Shown here: positions 51,010-64,000 of the stretch, piece after piece | Layout: each line of letters begins with the position of its first letter | Position numbering within the stretch: the stretch's first letter is position 1 | Translations under genes and position numbers: made by a program | The notes under the pieces: model-generated | What the model saw: only the letters and a program-made list of their open reading frames with translations | Told to the model about the DNA's origin: nothing | The model's database searches: none | Source: Tubulanus polymorphus | Taxonomy: Eukaryota > Animalia > Nemertea | Length of the DNA: 64,000 nt | Assembly (NCBI RefSeq): GCF_964204645.1 | Contig: NC_134027.1 | Coordinates: forward strand, 21,786,560 to 21,850,559 | Direction of reading: 5' to 3'

Positions 51010-54000
51010 TCATTTGTTCAAAAAACTAACACCTAAAACATCCACGGCTAAAAGTCTGATTCGACTTTGCATCGAATGCGATAAAAGGTAAGATAACGAT
51101 TTATCGCACGATTGAAAGGACATTCGATATCCGCGGGCGCGTCGCCCGTCCGCCGACCGATAAACGTCGAACAACTCGACCGATTTCACGTTGTCGTCGG
51201 CGATACATCGTACGACGTCGCAAAACGATTTCACGTCGAATTCTCGAGCGTCGTTCAACCAGAAACTGATGTCGTGCACCCACAACGATGGGTACAAACT
51301 AACCTTCGTTCGATCGGGAACGAACTTCGAACGCGAGTCTAACCGCAGTTTTTCGACACCAGCTTCGATCGTCGAATCGCGATACGCCCTCGCGAAAACG
51401 CTCGACCATAAAGTTCGGCGATCGTGAATTTCGTAGATTAATTTCGTTAAAGTATCGACGTTCAATAGGAAATAAACGACGACCGAGTCACCATCGTCCG
51501 CGCGAGTTGAATCGACCGTAGCTAAAATCTCTCGCGAATTCTGTTCCGTTTGAACAAATAAGTATGACTTATACGGACTATCCTCTTGGACTGGACTCCA
51601 TTCTATGCTAACAGCACCGGTATTCAATAATTGGTCGACGATACTTTTTAAAATCGATTTCAGTTCATTCGCGGAGCTATCGACGACGGCTTCCTCTGAA
51701 GCGCCGATTTTCAGAAGCCCTAACATTTCGTAAGCGACCGGGCTAGCGTTTGTTCCGATGACGCACCGGCGTAAACCGACGCCTGTTAATATTCGTAAAC
51801 GCGAAGTAGCGTTCAATTCGGATAGATTCTCCGAGAGAGTTTGTCGGTAATTGAAACATTTTCCACGCCGCATTTCGTCTAGATGCATCAGTTTTAATTG
51901 CGACAACACGTTTTCTCGCGTTAGTATTTCTTCGGACGCGATCTCCGTCCGAGTCGATTCTGATTCGACTAGAATGTAGCTATCGTTGTCGTCTTCGTTA
52001 ACATCGTTAACGCGTACACCATCAATCGGGAACAGGACGCGCGCTTCATTTTTGGGAATTTCCGACAAATCGGGATAATAATCCCGTAACGAATACAAAA
52101 CATCTTGTTCGACCGATAACATGAATTCCGGTATCAAGTCGTTGTGGTTAATTCTGAAAGTCAAAGAAAATTTTTCAACTAAAGCTTTCATTTGTTATAT
52201 GTTCTACCTCATGAGTCAGGAGAGGTCTCCTTGAATGAGTTCAAATACACGGCCAGGGTGGCCACTTTCCACCTATTTACAAATCCCCTGAATTTTTCCC
52301 AATTTTTCCATATGATTTGACAAAATTCACTCGGAGAAATTTCTAGGTTTAGAATGTTACAATCCATTCATTTTTAATTTTATCACTAGACTTTAAAAAA
52401 GCGGTTACCCATACTTCAGTTTTCTCTTCGGACATCTATTAAAAAATGGACTAACAAAGGAACACTGGACGTATGATATTCTACCAGTGAATTTTGTGAT
52501 CATCGAGATTTCAAGCCGCGATAGCGAATGTCTTAAAGGAGGTTGGGAATAAGGCTGCAGAAAAAATGGCCGCTTTAACAATCTAAAGATGCAGAGAGTA
52601 GTTTGAAACAAATTACCGATGTATTATTTGAGCTATGAACGGTAGACAGGAATATCTCACTCCAGATATTTCTACTTCTTGCGACGGTTTTTCACAGATT
52701 TCGTTGATTTCCGATTTTATAAACATGTGATTGATGCCACGCTCTGTGTGAAATGATTTGTTTTGGTTTCTGTAAAAAAAAGATTTGTCGATTTTAAAAT
52801 CAAATTGCCGTTTAAAAAGATGTTCACCACTATTTTTTACTGAAACAACATTTAATCTGAAGTATTATCAATACAAGACCAAACTTCTACAGATCTTCTG
52901 ATTCTATTTTAGTTTAGGTTGATATTGGATAAGGTTTTATAGTTCCAGGTCTCATGTTCTCAGTTGAGGCAAGCAAAACACGCAAATTTAATTTTCTACA
53001 AAATAATTTAGGTGTGCGGGAAGTTTTCAAGTCAGTATTACACTTATTGAGAACCTAACACCGCATTCATACTATCGCTGGTTAGTCTATTCTAATTTGA
53101 CCTTATCAATTTAGTAGGAAGAAATCAAAGTCAAACAAATTTTTTAGTGATCTGTTTATTGCCGGTCCAGCAAGACGCGATGCTACGATAAACAGGCAAT
53201 AAAAGCAAAATTTTTATTCTCACAGAGAAAATGACGTACATTGGTCTTTCTGGAATTGACCTATCTATGACAGCCTTTTCCTTATGTGAATGCTTGGTCC
53301 ATTCTAAAATTGGAACGGACTAAATTGAGAAATTGAGAAAAGTGTGAATGGTTACCGCCTAACCAATTATGATAAAACCAAAAAGAACATTAGCTTTTGC
53401 TTGAAAGCAAAGTTCTAGAGACATTTACGCCGTCTAACAGTCAAGCCAGACATCAAAGTACGTAAAATACAATTTTAATGATGTTTAAATCGGATTTATC
53501 ATTTGTCAGCCCAGATGATTTAAATTAAGCGGGTTTGACTGCATTCACAACTGCTGAAATAGATCACAATTCCATGTTGAAATTCTAACCTTACCTGAAG
53601 CCAGTAGAGATGTATTCGGTAAAACTAAAATCATTAAACGGTAAAGCCGACACGAGTATCAATTGCGAATACGCCGCCATAGAAACGACCTGCCAACAAT
53701 TACCCCATTCGCGTACGGGATTATCAGCAGGGGTACCGCCTTGCCCGTTAACCAGGGCAACCTCAATACACCCATCACCACGCAAAAGCAACACAGCACT
53801 AAAAACATTATAAATTTCAAATTCAACAGCAATTCTAACACAAAAAAAATATAGAAATCTTTTGAAAATCATTCCATGCCGAGATGTATCGGTTATCCAA
53901 AATATCTAGGCCAGTTCTACAGTCAAATAATGTTTTTAAGTTTACACCTACTTTTTGTCTCAACTTTAACAGGGCTAACTTTTCTAATACCGGTAATCAA

Positions 54001-55568
54001 CACCACATGTACTTAAAAGCTTATCATCAGTCACTCAAACCCTTACCCTGAATATGTATACTATTTCGAGCATTTTGTACTTGGGAAAAGCAGCCATTTT
54101 CTAGCCCTTGATTTCTATAATTCATGTGTTACTGAGTAGACTCCCCTCGAATCGGATCCTATCCAGCTCCACAGTTGTGAGTAGGAGTAAACTCCAAGTT
54201 AAAATTAGTTCATTCGAGTCAAATCTCAACTCGTAACTTTGGAATTGGACCCAGAGATACAAATTTGTAGATTTGTTAAACCGAAAACACAATGTTTCAG
54301 CTGTTGATTAATATCAAAATATAGAATTGATCATTCAAAATTCTCTCTATGACTTGTACCCCTCTCACCTATTCAGACATCAAATTTCAATCGCTAACTC
54401 ACAACACAGTTTCTCTTACCTTTGAAAGAAATCTTTCAGTAGCTGGCGATTTTTCTTGATGTTGGACTTTCCGCCGACGTGGGGAAAATTAAACTTGATC
54501 GTCGAAAATCGGAGTTTCTTCAATTCCGTATGATTTTGTAGATTAGTAGCGTCCACGTCGTGCAACACTACGCCCCCTGAAAAATATCTTTATTAATCAA
54601 TAATGAAACATCATCAGACGACACTGGACTCATTGCGCTTGGTACCTGGAATTCATTTCAATAAACAATCTGCGAGATATATTCTTTACACCCTCAACCC
54701 GCTAACACCACATGCAGGGCATTACCAGCTAGTTTGATGACTGATTTGCAATCCTTGACAATTCGGTGTAAAATGAATCAAAAATCAACGTTTTAGGCAA
54801 AAAAAATGATACCTTGTTTCTCTGTTTGCTGAACTTAAAAGTTGACCCGGTTGCCTATCTACCCTGTCCATTCATTGTTTTTAAATCGTGATCAGGCTAA
54901 CCATAACAGACACAACAGCTTACAGGCGCAGATCCAGAGGGGGGTTACAGGGGTCGTGACCCCCCCCTGCTCAGCTTCCAAAAACTTATAATCGTTTTCC
55001 TGAAGGAATGTACTCAAGACAAAGCGGGCGGACAGTACGACATAATCGGTACCATATCATCTTATGTTTGGTCAACAAGATGCTGTATAGGCCCCTATCA
55101 TTAGAGATTTTAGTCGGCAGTTTAACATTAACATTTCTCTGGAAAAAATCCAGGATCCGCACCCGAGCTATAGAAATGAACTGATTTCAAATTCTACTGG
55201 AATTTACCCAGCTGCTGCGGAGAAACAAGGTATAATTTCTTAGCATTAGTTCATCTGCCCATCAGTCAGACCTACCATAAATTAGGTATGTACTACAAAC
55301 ATTTTCAGGGCCATGACCACTGATGTCTGTTCAAACAAGTTTATAAAGACATTTTTAAGCATGATTCCTCTAAATATTTACCCTTCTTAACGACAAAATC
55401 GATATTCTCAACTGCTTTTTGCTGGTGATATTTCTTCACAACGGCATCGAAACTATCGAAACTTGTGGCGATCAAGCGTTGATGTTTTCCTAGTTGTTGA
55501 ATAAATGACACGGCAAACGAGAAATTTCCCTCGCCAACCAGTAGAATATATTCATCACCAGACGCCAT
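51010..55568 (-). CDS. FDXACB1: Ferredoxin-fold anticodon-binding domain protein 1 (BMT5-like rRNA methyltransferase domain + FDX-ACB)
   Basis: Exons 55568-55382 (ILLVGEGNFSFA), 54576-54420 (VDAT..FNFPHVGGK), 53798-53595 (GQGGTPAD..WQVV.MAA), 52769-~52617 (KSFHTE) and a long last exon (SLYP..VHDISFW...YR..FQSCDKSLS). The exon 4 to last-exon junction is unresolved. Confidence 0.88.
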
Positions 55569-56881
55569 CTTTCGACTATGAAAAAGAAAAATGTCTATGA
55601 ACCTAAAAGATTTCCGATTGAATGGTGTATCGACAATCTAAACTTGGTTTCAAAATTCAGTAACCACCTTATTGGGTAAAAACAAATCCTGGTCCCAACT
55701 GTATCGATTTAGGGTTGTTAGGTTCACAGAAAATTCAGGTTGCGGCTCGGGCATTTATTCAAGGTGATTTGATTTGTACCACTTGATCATAAGCGGCAGT
55801 CGAACACGAGTTTTCCGAGTTGTTAGAACAAAAACGCCTCGAATCTTTCGGCTCGACCTGTTTCGGGAACAACTTGTTCAACAACCTCGCCCCCTCGGGA
55901 CAAGGACATGCTCTACCATATCAGAAGGATCCAGAGTTGGTTGATGATCGCCCCCTTCAGGTTTGGACCCTAAGGACCACCAAGAACCAATAACTTGGAG
56001 GCTTGACGCGTCGTGTGGTAATTAGGCCTTAATCTGTAAGAGGGGTCGAGTAGAGACAGAGTAGAGCGGGGCGTGGGATCCCCGATGCATGACATGGCCC
56101 GTGGACGTGGTCGCTGCCATCCAGTGGGAGGCCAACCGCCTGGGTGTCCGGTATACTCGGTTAGGCTACAACCCACTCTTCAATCAAAGGATACGCCACT
56201 AAATGATTAAATATACCACATTTACCTTGGCTGCCCGTCAAAATTCCTGCTGTCAGCTTCTTCAATTCAATCTTCTTGCACAGCTGGTGATTGTTAATCC
56301 CACGCGCCATCTATTGCCATTGGTAAAGTCAGTCAAGGATCGGCTAATTCTAATTTTGGAGACCTGCAGCCTTTTGCTATTCGATCATTTTTGAGTTAAA
56401 TAAATGGCCCTTAACATAAGATAATCGTTTCAATTTCAACAACTTACTTATGCCGAAAACTGGATGCTCATTCTTAGAAAACACAAATCAACATAGGCTA
56501 CCCTAATTTGAATTTATTCATGTTACATGCGCATGGGTATAATCGATATACATGCGCATGTGTGTAATCGATATACATGCGCTTGTGACCTGTTTATACA
56601 TGCGGAACTACGTCTCAATCAATCTAAATTCAATCGACAAACAAATTAGTTTCCATGACATCTGTCGAATAGGGCTCGGATACCGATAATCTAAGACCGG
56701 CGAAATTTACTTCGTACGATTCGTTTTTGGACGTTTTATCGGGATTTCTCGCATTTCGAATCGATTCGACGAGAACTACGTCTACGGCGTGAAAACTCGG
56801 ACAGATTTTATTGATCGTCGAATGCGCGATTACGAACGGAGTGTAACAGTGTAAGCCAACATGGCATGAGAGAGCGGAAAG
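55569..56881. promoter_or_regulatory. Putative bidirectional promoter
   Basis: Divergent start codons 1.3 kb apart; catgcgcatg repeats at ~56525-56600; both ATGs lie in GAAAGATGGCG. Confidence 0.5.
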
Positions 56882-57401
56882 ATGGCGACGCGTTTCAGTA
56901 ATACTGCCGTTCCAATTCAACGCGAAATCATGTCGCGCACCGACTCCGAGGACGAGTTGTTCTTCCCTTACAACGAACAGGAACCTAAATTCCACCGTAC
57001 GAAACGATCCGAAAGTCTGGACGTATCGTTTCAGTCGAGTTTCAAACACTTACAGCGTCAATCCAGACTGAAATCCGGTGACAGTATCAGCAGTATTGCT
57101 TCCGCCGCTGCGACATCGCTGACGGCTACCCCGGGCTCGCTGTCCGGATCGAGTTCGCGGTCGCAATCTCAACCGGATGTTTACGCGAATTTAAAACAGC
57201 AGCATTCGATCGTCGACGATTTGCTGTTCGAGATTTACAACCGGTGGCAGTATCAACAACGAGACAGTTTCGACAGCGATACGTTCACCGAGTGTTCGAG
57301 CACGTCGGACGCCTTCTTCGGTCGGCACGACTCGCTGCAGCTCAGCGAATTGGACCAACGTCACTCGAGACGCATTCATACGGCTTTTTTGTTAAATCAG
57401 A
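56882..57401 (+). CDS. TBC1D30: First coding exon of a TBC1D30-like Rab-GAP (DUF4682-type N-terminus)
   Basis: SIVDDLLFEIYNRW...DSFDSDT.TECSSTSDAFFGR...ELDQRHSRR resembles my recollection of the TBC1D30 N-terminus; donor A|GTAAGT at 57401/57402. Confidence 0.7.
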
Positions 57402-57777
57402 GTAAGTACGAATATATTCTAGTATATTCTTTATTTCTAAATCTTTGTTCAGGCCCGGGGCATCATCATCGTAATCAGAGGCGGATTTCGGAATTTTGCA
57501 TCGAGGGCCCAAAAATTCCGAGCCCTACACGTACTTGGTACATGGACGTGAGGCTGTTGATGCAAAGTCCGCGGAGGTTTTGGGGCCCCAAAGTTGATCT
57601 TGAAAAAATGGACAACTTTCTGAGCATCCTCTAGTGTGGTTCTTGAACAAAATGACCAGCAATGATTTTCCACTAGGCCTATTATGTGTTAGGCCTACGG
57701 TACTTTCTTATGTCAGGTTGTGAAATGTTGTTATCTTCGCTAAAAATAGGGGGCCCGGGCCATGTAGGCCATTTGGA

Positions 57778-58070
57778 GGAGTGGTGTGGGCGAGTGGTTA
57801 GAGTGTTCGACTCATAAGCCAGGTTATGGGTTTGAACCCATACATTACCGTTGTGTCGCCGGGCAAGACAAACTGAATGCCTCTCTTCACCCAGGAATAT
57901 AGACGACCCCTGAGCGCTAGCAGCTGATTGGATATCACTTCTCCTCAGCAAGAGATGACTGATAAATGGTCAGAGTTGTAGGCTGGGGGTAATAATACCG
58001 ACTTAATGGAAAGCGTCGTATGACAGTGAAAAGGGCGCTATAGAAATTGAATAACTACTGAATTACTACT
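57778..58070 (+). mobile_element. tRNA-derived CORE-type SINE
   Basis: A/B-box-like head (gggcgagtggttag...gggtttgaacc), CORE-like tgtgtcgccgggcaagaca, and an L2-like tail aagcg...gcgctatagaaat plus short repeats. Confidence 0.65.
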
Positions 58071-59978
58071 GCCCTTGTATCGGCCCTTATCATCATTATC
58101 ATCTAGTAGATATCGACTGCCACATCCACAGACAGTTTTATGTCCAGCTTTTCCCTTGTGGTGTGGAACTGATACACCCGCCACAGTGGCTAAGACCCAT
58201 TCTTCGGCATCCTTTAAAAGTGGGTTGTCGAACCTGACCTTCTAAGGGGACCTCTATGGCACACGCGATCTACGATTCCAGCTATGGACTCGAGCTTTTT
58301 CGGTGGGTGTTGTACCCTTGCCACAGAAGCCGAAATTGGTCATGGTTTAAAATTATATATTTTTTACGCATATTTTCTAAATATCTTTCATTAAAGTGAG
58401 CCGCACTCTGTCGAGGAAATTATCGAGAAATGTACGTACTTTACTATAGATCACTCACTCCTGTGATAAAGTGCAATAATGCATTATTCGATGCCACATG
58501 TTCAACATAGGTCTGACTATATCTGTTGATTGGGATTTTTTTATTCTTCGGATCCTCCGAATTTAGATCTCATTGACCGGCCGGAGAAACGATAAAAGCA
58601 TTATGAAAATTAGAAAATTTCCGGTTTTTTTATCCATTTTTAAAATCAAAAAGAAATAACGTCAGCTGATCCTTGAAACAACAAAATAAGAAAGTCTCCC
58701 ATCATTTGAATAGAACAGCTAAATCTGAGTAGGCCTTATGCAGCTATCAGTGGGAACCCTGATCCTACCTGACACTTTAAGTAAAATATTTCTAGCCAGA
58801 GCTGTCTCATCAGACTCTCGACAGTTCTTCGCGTAAGGATTTAAAAGAACTCTGCAGCCAGTAAAACACAAAGTTTGAAGGTGAAAGAATGATTTATTTT
58901 GGACACTTAATGATTTAACAAAGGCTTATTGAAAAACAAATTACAATGAAAAGTAAAATCTTTCAAAAACATAACTCTCCATGTAGTTCAGTGTGGTAAT
59001 GAATTTAGCCCGTACGCATCTTATGACCCCTTCATCAAATTAGCCATGTTTCTTTTCATTTTTTCATTTTCTTACAATTAGGCCTCGAAAATGTTTACAA
59101 CAGGCCATTTCTGTGTGTTAACTGAATAGAAACTATGCTTTGATTACCTGTCGATCACAGGTTTTATCTAGTCAAATAGTTAGCGATAACAGCTGATTTA
59201 AAAAACAAGTAAAAGCATAACGCATTCAAGGACTAACTAGGGATAGTGATTTCATGGTACTTATAGCAGCTAGAATATCAAGCCCGAGTCAAATTTGGCC
59301 CTAATTAGAGAGTGTGTTCACAAGCAGACCACTCACTCGACGCTCTAAACAATGCTCCGAAAAAAGCGAAGTGAGTCATTTCCCGAACCAGTTGCAATTT
59401 ACATGCAATAATTCAACCTGTGCTAAAATTTGGTATATAGGCCTGGTCCAACATTTTTGGTCGGGCCAAACACGCACAGGTCCATTTGCCATCCGTGTGA
59501 CTAGTTGTTCCAGGCCAAAAATGCGTGTGATCGCAGCTATTATCAGTTGATTTTGGTTCGTTAAAACGTTAATATGTAGATGATACCTACGTAGCCACTC
59601 GATAATCGTGGGTTTTTCTTTCGATTCATGATGAATAGGGCCTATAGATAATCTATATGGAAACAAAGAAAATTTGCTTTTTTGAAAGTGTGAGAAAAAG
59701 TGACAGATAATATATTCGATTGAAACGCTTTTTATCGCGCCGGTCCCCTTTGCAACATATGTACCTATCTATCTATAGTTTATATAGAGTAATCATTGAT
59801 TTTTCCGACTGATAGCATTATGGCGTGCGATACCAGCTGGATATATTTGTATATTATGATACGTATAAACCTACACGAGCTGTCCCTTTGTGATCCATTT
59901 TTACCCACTTCCCCAATCAGCCATTCCCGATAAAATATAGGCAGGTAAAATTTTTACCGAATTCGTACCAACGACTAT

Positions 59979-60306
59979 AGCCGCGATCACACAAGTGTTT
60001 TTGGCCCGTGCCTCATTTGGCCCGGCACAATGGTTCACACGGGTGCCAAATTGGTCCGGGCCAAATTTGGTCTGACCAAAAACCTTGGACCAGGCCCGAG
60101 CCAAATATTAGCACGGGACAAATGATTGCGTTTGAATTGCAACTATTACCGCAAATGACCCACTTGGCTTTGTTTGAGCATTGTTAAGTATCGAAAGAGT
60201 GGTTTGCGCGTGGGCTCTCTATTAGGCATGGGCCAAATTTAGCTCCAGCCTGATCAGATCTGTGCCAATTTAGCCCGGGCCAAATCATCTCTGTGTGATC
60301 GCGGCT
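59979..60306. mobile_element. MITE (TIR agccgcgatcacac); older inverted partial copy at ~59282-59539
   Basis: Terminal inverted repeats with multiple internal gggccaaat motifs. Confidence 0.75.
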
Positions 60307-60898
60307 TTAATGGTAGTTGATTTGGGCCGAATCGAAAAACCAAATATTACATTCAATTTCCACCTATTTTTTCTATTTACGCAACACGAAAAATTTCCGC
60401 GTTTAAACCGTTATTTCATTTTAACATCACATCTGAAACTGAATTTTCGTTTCAATGACATTTCATTAACGTGGTATAAAGAGGAAAAGGACTAGGTTAA
60501 ATCGAAAAGTTTGATTCAACACCCTGCCATAAGAAGACTACATCATAACGAAAAGTTGATTTCAGTATGGCGTCAGCCACCGTGTATTATAATATGGCAG
60601 ATGTATGAACATTTTTTTTTTTAGAATAAATTATTCGCGTTTACATTCACTGAATATCGGCCGATTGTTTTCATGAATAGAGTAAATGCGAAATTTTTGA
60701 AATAACATCTGCGATTGTTGTATTACGGTTCGCGATATCGTGACCCACTGAAACGTGAAACGTATGGTTCGGCGGCTTCTTGTTTCGACTCGACTATGAG
60801 ACAAATGGAACTCGCGATTCAAAATTTGAAAATCAAAATTTTCGTAACGCCGAAATCAAGTCGAATAGACGCGGCCACCCTGCGGAAGCTTAATTTCA

Positions 60899-61103
60899 GT
60901 AATAATAATAATAATAATGATAATAATATTTATTTCTTATATACCGCGCTCCGTATACATTTCAGCGCGGTTTACAAAAGGCTATAAAAACAATTTAGAA
61001 CAGTCAATTAAAATATTGCCTGAAAAGAAAAGTTTTCAGCTCAGTTTTAAAAGTAACTACATCGCTGCAGGATTTTATTCTAAAAGGTAAAGCATTCCAT
61101 AAG
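60899..61103 (-). mobile_element. L2-group LINE 3' end
   Basis: Minus strand encodes LWNALPFRIKSCSDVVTFKTELKTFLFRQYFN*, then a ccgcgct/agcgcgg stem-loop and an (ATT)n tail. Confidence 0.8.
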
Positions 61104-64000
61104 TGTGGCGTTGCGAGTCACAAAGAAGACCAGGTTCGGAGATAAAAGAAGAGAAAGACTAAAAACACGACGGGTTCAGTCTACAGATCATAAGATACTC
61201 GTTTATTTCGGTCACACACAGGCTAACCACCTGTCCCGACTGCACATGCCCATGCTAATATATATGATGATTCGCTACATAGGCTAAGGGGGAGTGAACA
61301 CTATATGTTTACTGACATATTTACATAAACATCCTGTTCTCGACATTTCTCCAGGGGGCGACAAAGGTAAACAAATAAAGAGTAAGAACGGAGAGATATA
61401 TGACTAATCATTACAATGGATTAAGTAAATAAAGCTTATGGAAATCAATAAACAACTAAACGTTAATTCAAAATACGATTAAATAGTAAATTCAGGCATT
61501 GATAGTAACTATTATGCAACTATTTCAAACATTCGACGATTTTTGCACGAGCCTTTCGCGCTGCGTTTCACACGGGTCGCGGATCGGAGGTTATAACGGG
61601 GCCAGGCTCTTTAAAGTCCATATCGGTGTTAATTTCAAGCGGGAACAGTTTATTTATAGGTCGGCTAGTATTTGTAGTGCCCATTCTAATTTCTGCTGAA
61701 CGAACTGCGCCGTCGTTCCCGTAGTTCAGTTTCGTTACGATCGCAAGCTTCCAGTTAATTCTACGTTTTTGGTCGTCGTGTACGAGTACAACGTCTCCTG
61801 ATCGAATCTCGCTTGTTCTGCCATTATTTCGCATGGACAGATGTCGTTCACGTAGCGCAATAACGTATTCGTTGGTCCAACGAGACTGAAAATGTTCGAA
61901 GAGTTCCATCACTCTTTGTGCGCGTTTCTGGAGGTTTTGTGTATTTATCGAAACACCATACTCCGGATCACTGATAGCATCGGTATCAGATAGGTGCGGT
62001 AGATTCGACATAACTTGTCCGTGAAGGAGGTGCGATGGTGTTAGCGGTTCTGGGTCAGTTACGTCATCGGACAAATACGTAAGCGGGCGGTTGTTGATCA
62101 CCATTTCGATTTCCGCGACGAGCGTAATAAGTTCAGACATCGATATGTATGCGCGGACTAAAACACGTTTCAGAACTTGTTTCGTAAGTCCAACTAAACG
62201 TTCCCAAAAGCCACCATGCCATGGGGCAGCCTTTGGTATAAATACCCATTCAACATTTTTCTCGAGCATGTATTTTCGAACCGAATGAATATCGAGAAGC
62301 TTCTTTAATTCTCCCGCCGCGGCCACGAATGCCGATCCGTTATCACTTATCAACTTTTGAGGTAAGGATCGACATGCGGCGAAACGTCGGAAGGCGAGAA
62401 GAAATGTGGCACACGACATATCAGAAACAACCTCGAGATGAACGGCACGTGTGTTCGCACATGTAAACAAGACTATATACGCTTTCGCTTCTCTGTTGTT
62501 ATCTCTCACAAACAAATGTCCGGTGAAATCCACTCCCGTTACGGTAAAGGGATGGGCATCTGTCAGCCTGCTCTTCTGCAACGGTGCAGGGTCCGGTAGT
62601 GGGTATGGCTGACCACTAATGATTTTGCAATTGTAACATTTTCGCAACAGAGATTTAACGACTTTCCTGATACTTTGAATCCAATACGTTTGTCGAATAC
62701 GGTTAATCGTTGATTCTGTACCCAAATGAAGTGCTCTCGCGTGAGCATCAATCACAGTTAACTCGGTAAATCGCCCATTCGGGGGTAGTAATATTGGGAA
62801 TTTCGCGCCATAATCAATCGGGGCGTTATGGAGTCTCCCTCCAACTCTCAACAAGCTATCATCGCCAATAAACAACCGTAGCTGTTTTGTCAGGGGCGCT
62901 CGCGATTTTGCATGATTACCCTGCAGCACGAAAATTTCATTCGAATAATTAGCATTTTGCACAGCTTTAATCCACGCCGTTCTAGCTCGGGCTATATCAT
63001 TCGGCGTCAGATCCGCGGCGGACCGATCTGTCTGGCGTTGAAGTTTCGCGACAAACAAGAAAACGTAAGCGGTGACACGTAATAATGATCCCAACTCTAT
63101 GAATCGTTCAATGTCGATTATTTCTACCAAACCAATCCGTTCGTCCTCCGCGTCTTCAACCTGCCCGGGTTGAGGATCGTTGATGTGGAGGATATTAACT
63201 GTACTAGTGTCAGCGTATAATTTATCCACGGGCCAGTCGCCATGTTTCAGCCATTCGGGGCCAAACCACCACAAATTAGAATGCCGTAGTTTCTCGGAGT
63301 CGATTCCACGCGACAGTATGTCTGCCGGATTATCAGACGTCGGGCAGTAACGGTACTCGTCAATTTTGATAGATTTAATCTGTTTCACGCGGTTGCTGAC
63401 GAATACTGGTAACTTTCGATCGGAGTTCAACCAACAAAGCACAATCTGACTATCGCTCCAAAGCACTTTTTTGGTTATAGCGATTTCAGAACCGAGCGAT
63501 TCAGTTACATAATCGATAAGCTTCGAACCTGTCAAAGCAGCAAGTAATTCCAGTCGTGGAATAGTTAATTCCTTTACTGGTGCGACAGTGTCTTAGACAT
63601 AACAAACGATGTATCATGCTGGTTTCGTAAATAAACCACAGCTCCAAATGCTGCTTTGCTACTATCAGCAAACACGTGTATTTCATAATTCTGGGTTTGC
63701 GGTTGACTTAAGTATTTCCTTGATAACACAATTTCTGACGCACGTGACAAATCATTCCGAATCGAGAACCATTTTTCTCGCATTGATTCGTCCTGTACTG
63801 GGTCGTCCCAGCCTAGATTAAGTTTCCAGAGTTCCTGGATGTACATCTTAGCCCTGACCTGTACGGGGGCCAGAAAACCAAGCGGATCATATAACTTCGA
63901 CGCCGCGCTAACTACCTCACGTTTTGTCACCAGATCGGACGTTCCGTCATCTACCTTGATGCTAAGGGTGTCGTTATGAGTGTCCCATCGGATCCCGAGG
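61104..64000 (-). mobile_element. BEL/Pao LTR retrotransposon, 3' part (3' LTR 61104-61345)
   Basis: Pao RNase H motifs (TKR..S..YDPLG, HVFADSS.AFG, IPRLEL, WSDSQIVL, NPAD..SRG), integrase (GVDFTG, SDNG, WHGGFWERLVG) and DUF5641-like end (RPINKLFPLE). TG...CA LTR containing AATAAA. Confidence 0.93.
61568..64000 (-). pseudogene. BEL/Pao polyprotein with 1-nt frameshift at ~63588
   Basis: AAGACACTGTCGCACCA: adding one base restores SKTRVAPVKELTIPRLEL, joining ORFs 63574-63930 and 61568-63535. Confidence 0.85.

Noticed and set aside
55970-56330. HDV-like ribozyme or retroelement 5' UTR in a GC-rich patch
   Set aside because: I could not build the nested double pseudoknot by eye; unsupported.
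56630-57049. 139-aa minus-strand ORF
   Set aside because: Overlaps the TBC1D30-like exon antisense, has a non-ATG start and no motif.

Overview
AT-rich, intron-containing eukaryotic DNA from an invertebrate animal (a lophotrochozoan is inferred from the gene and transposon families). Host genes: three tandem copies plus one decayed copy of a small 5-exon gene with a divergent CBM20-like (starch/glycogen-binding) domain; two intronless rhodopsin-class, FMRFamide-receptor-like GPCRs (one truncated in TM7); a gene built from five 3-exon MAM-domain modules; a disrupted coiled-coil + beta-propeller tandem-repeat gene; FDXACB1 (minus strand); and, head-to-head with it, a TBC1D30-like first exon. 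Mobile DNA: a young full-length Gypsy element (36557-45476) and the 3' half of a BEL/Pao element nested in an L2 tail. The Gypsy element has an in-frame UAG plus stem-loop at the gag-pol junction, a chromodomain-like integrase tail, an env-like remnant and an intron-like duplication inside its LTRs. There are also four short Penelope-type insertions carrying minimal hammerhead ribozyme motifs, Helentron/Helitron-like elements, MITEs, SINE/LINE fragments and satellites derived from them. All calls were made by eye, without database searches; some boundaries are approximate.
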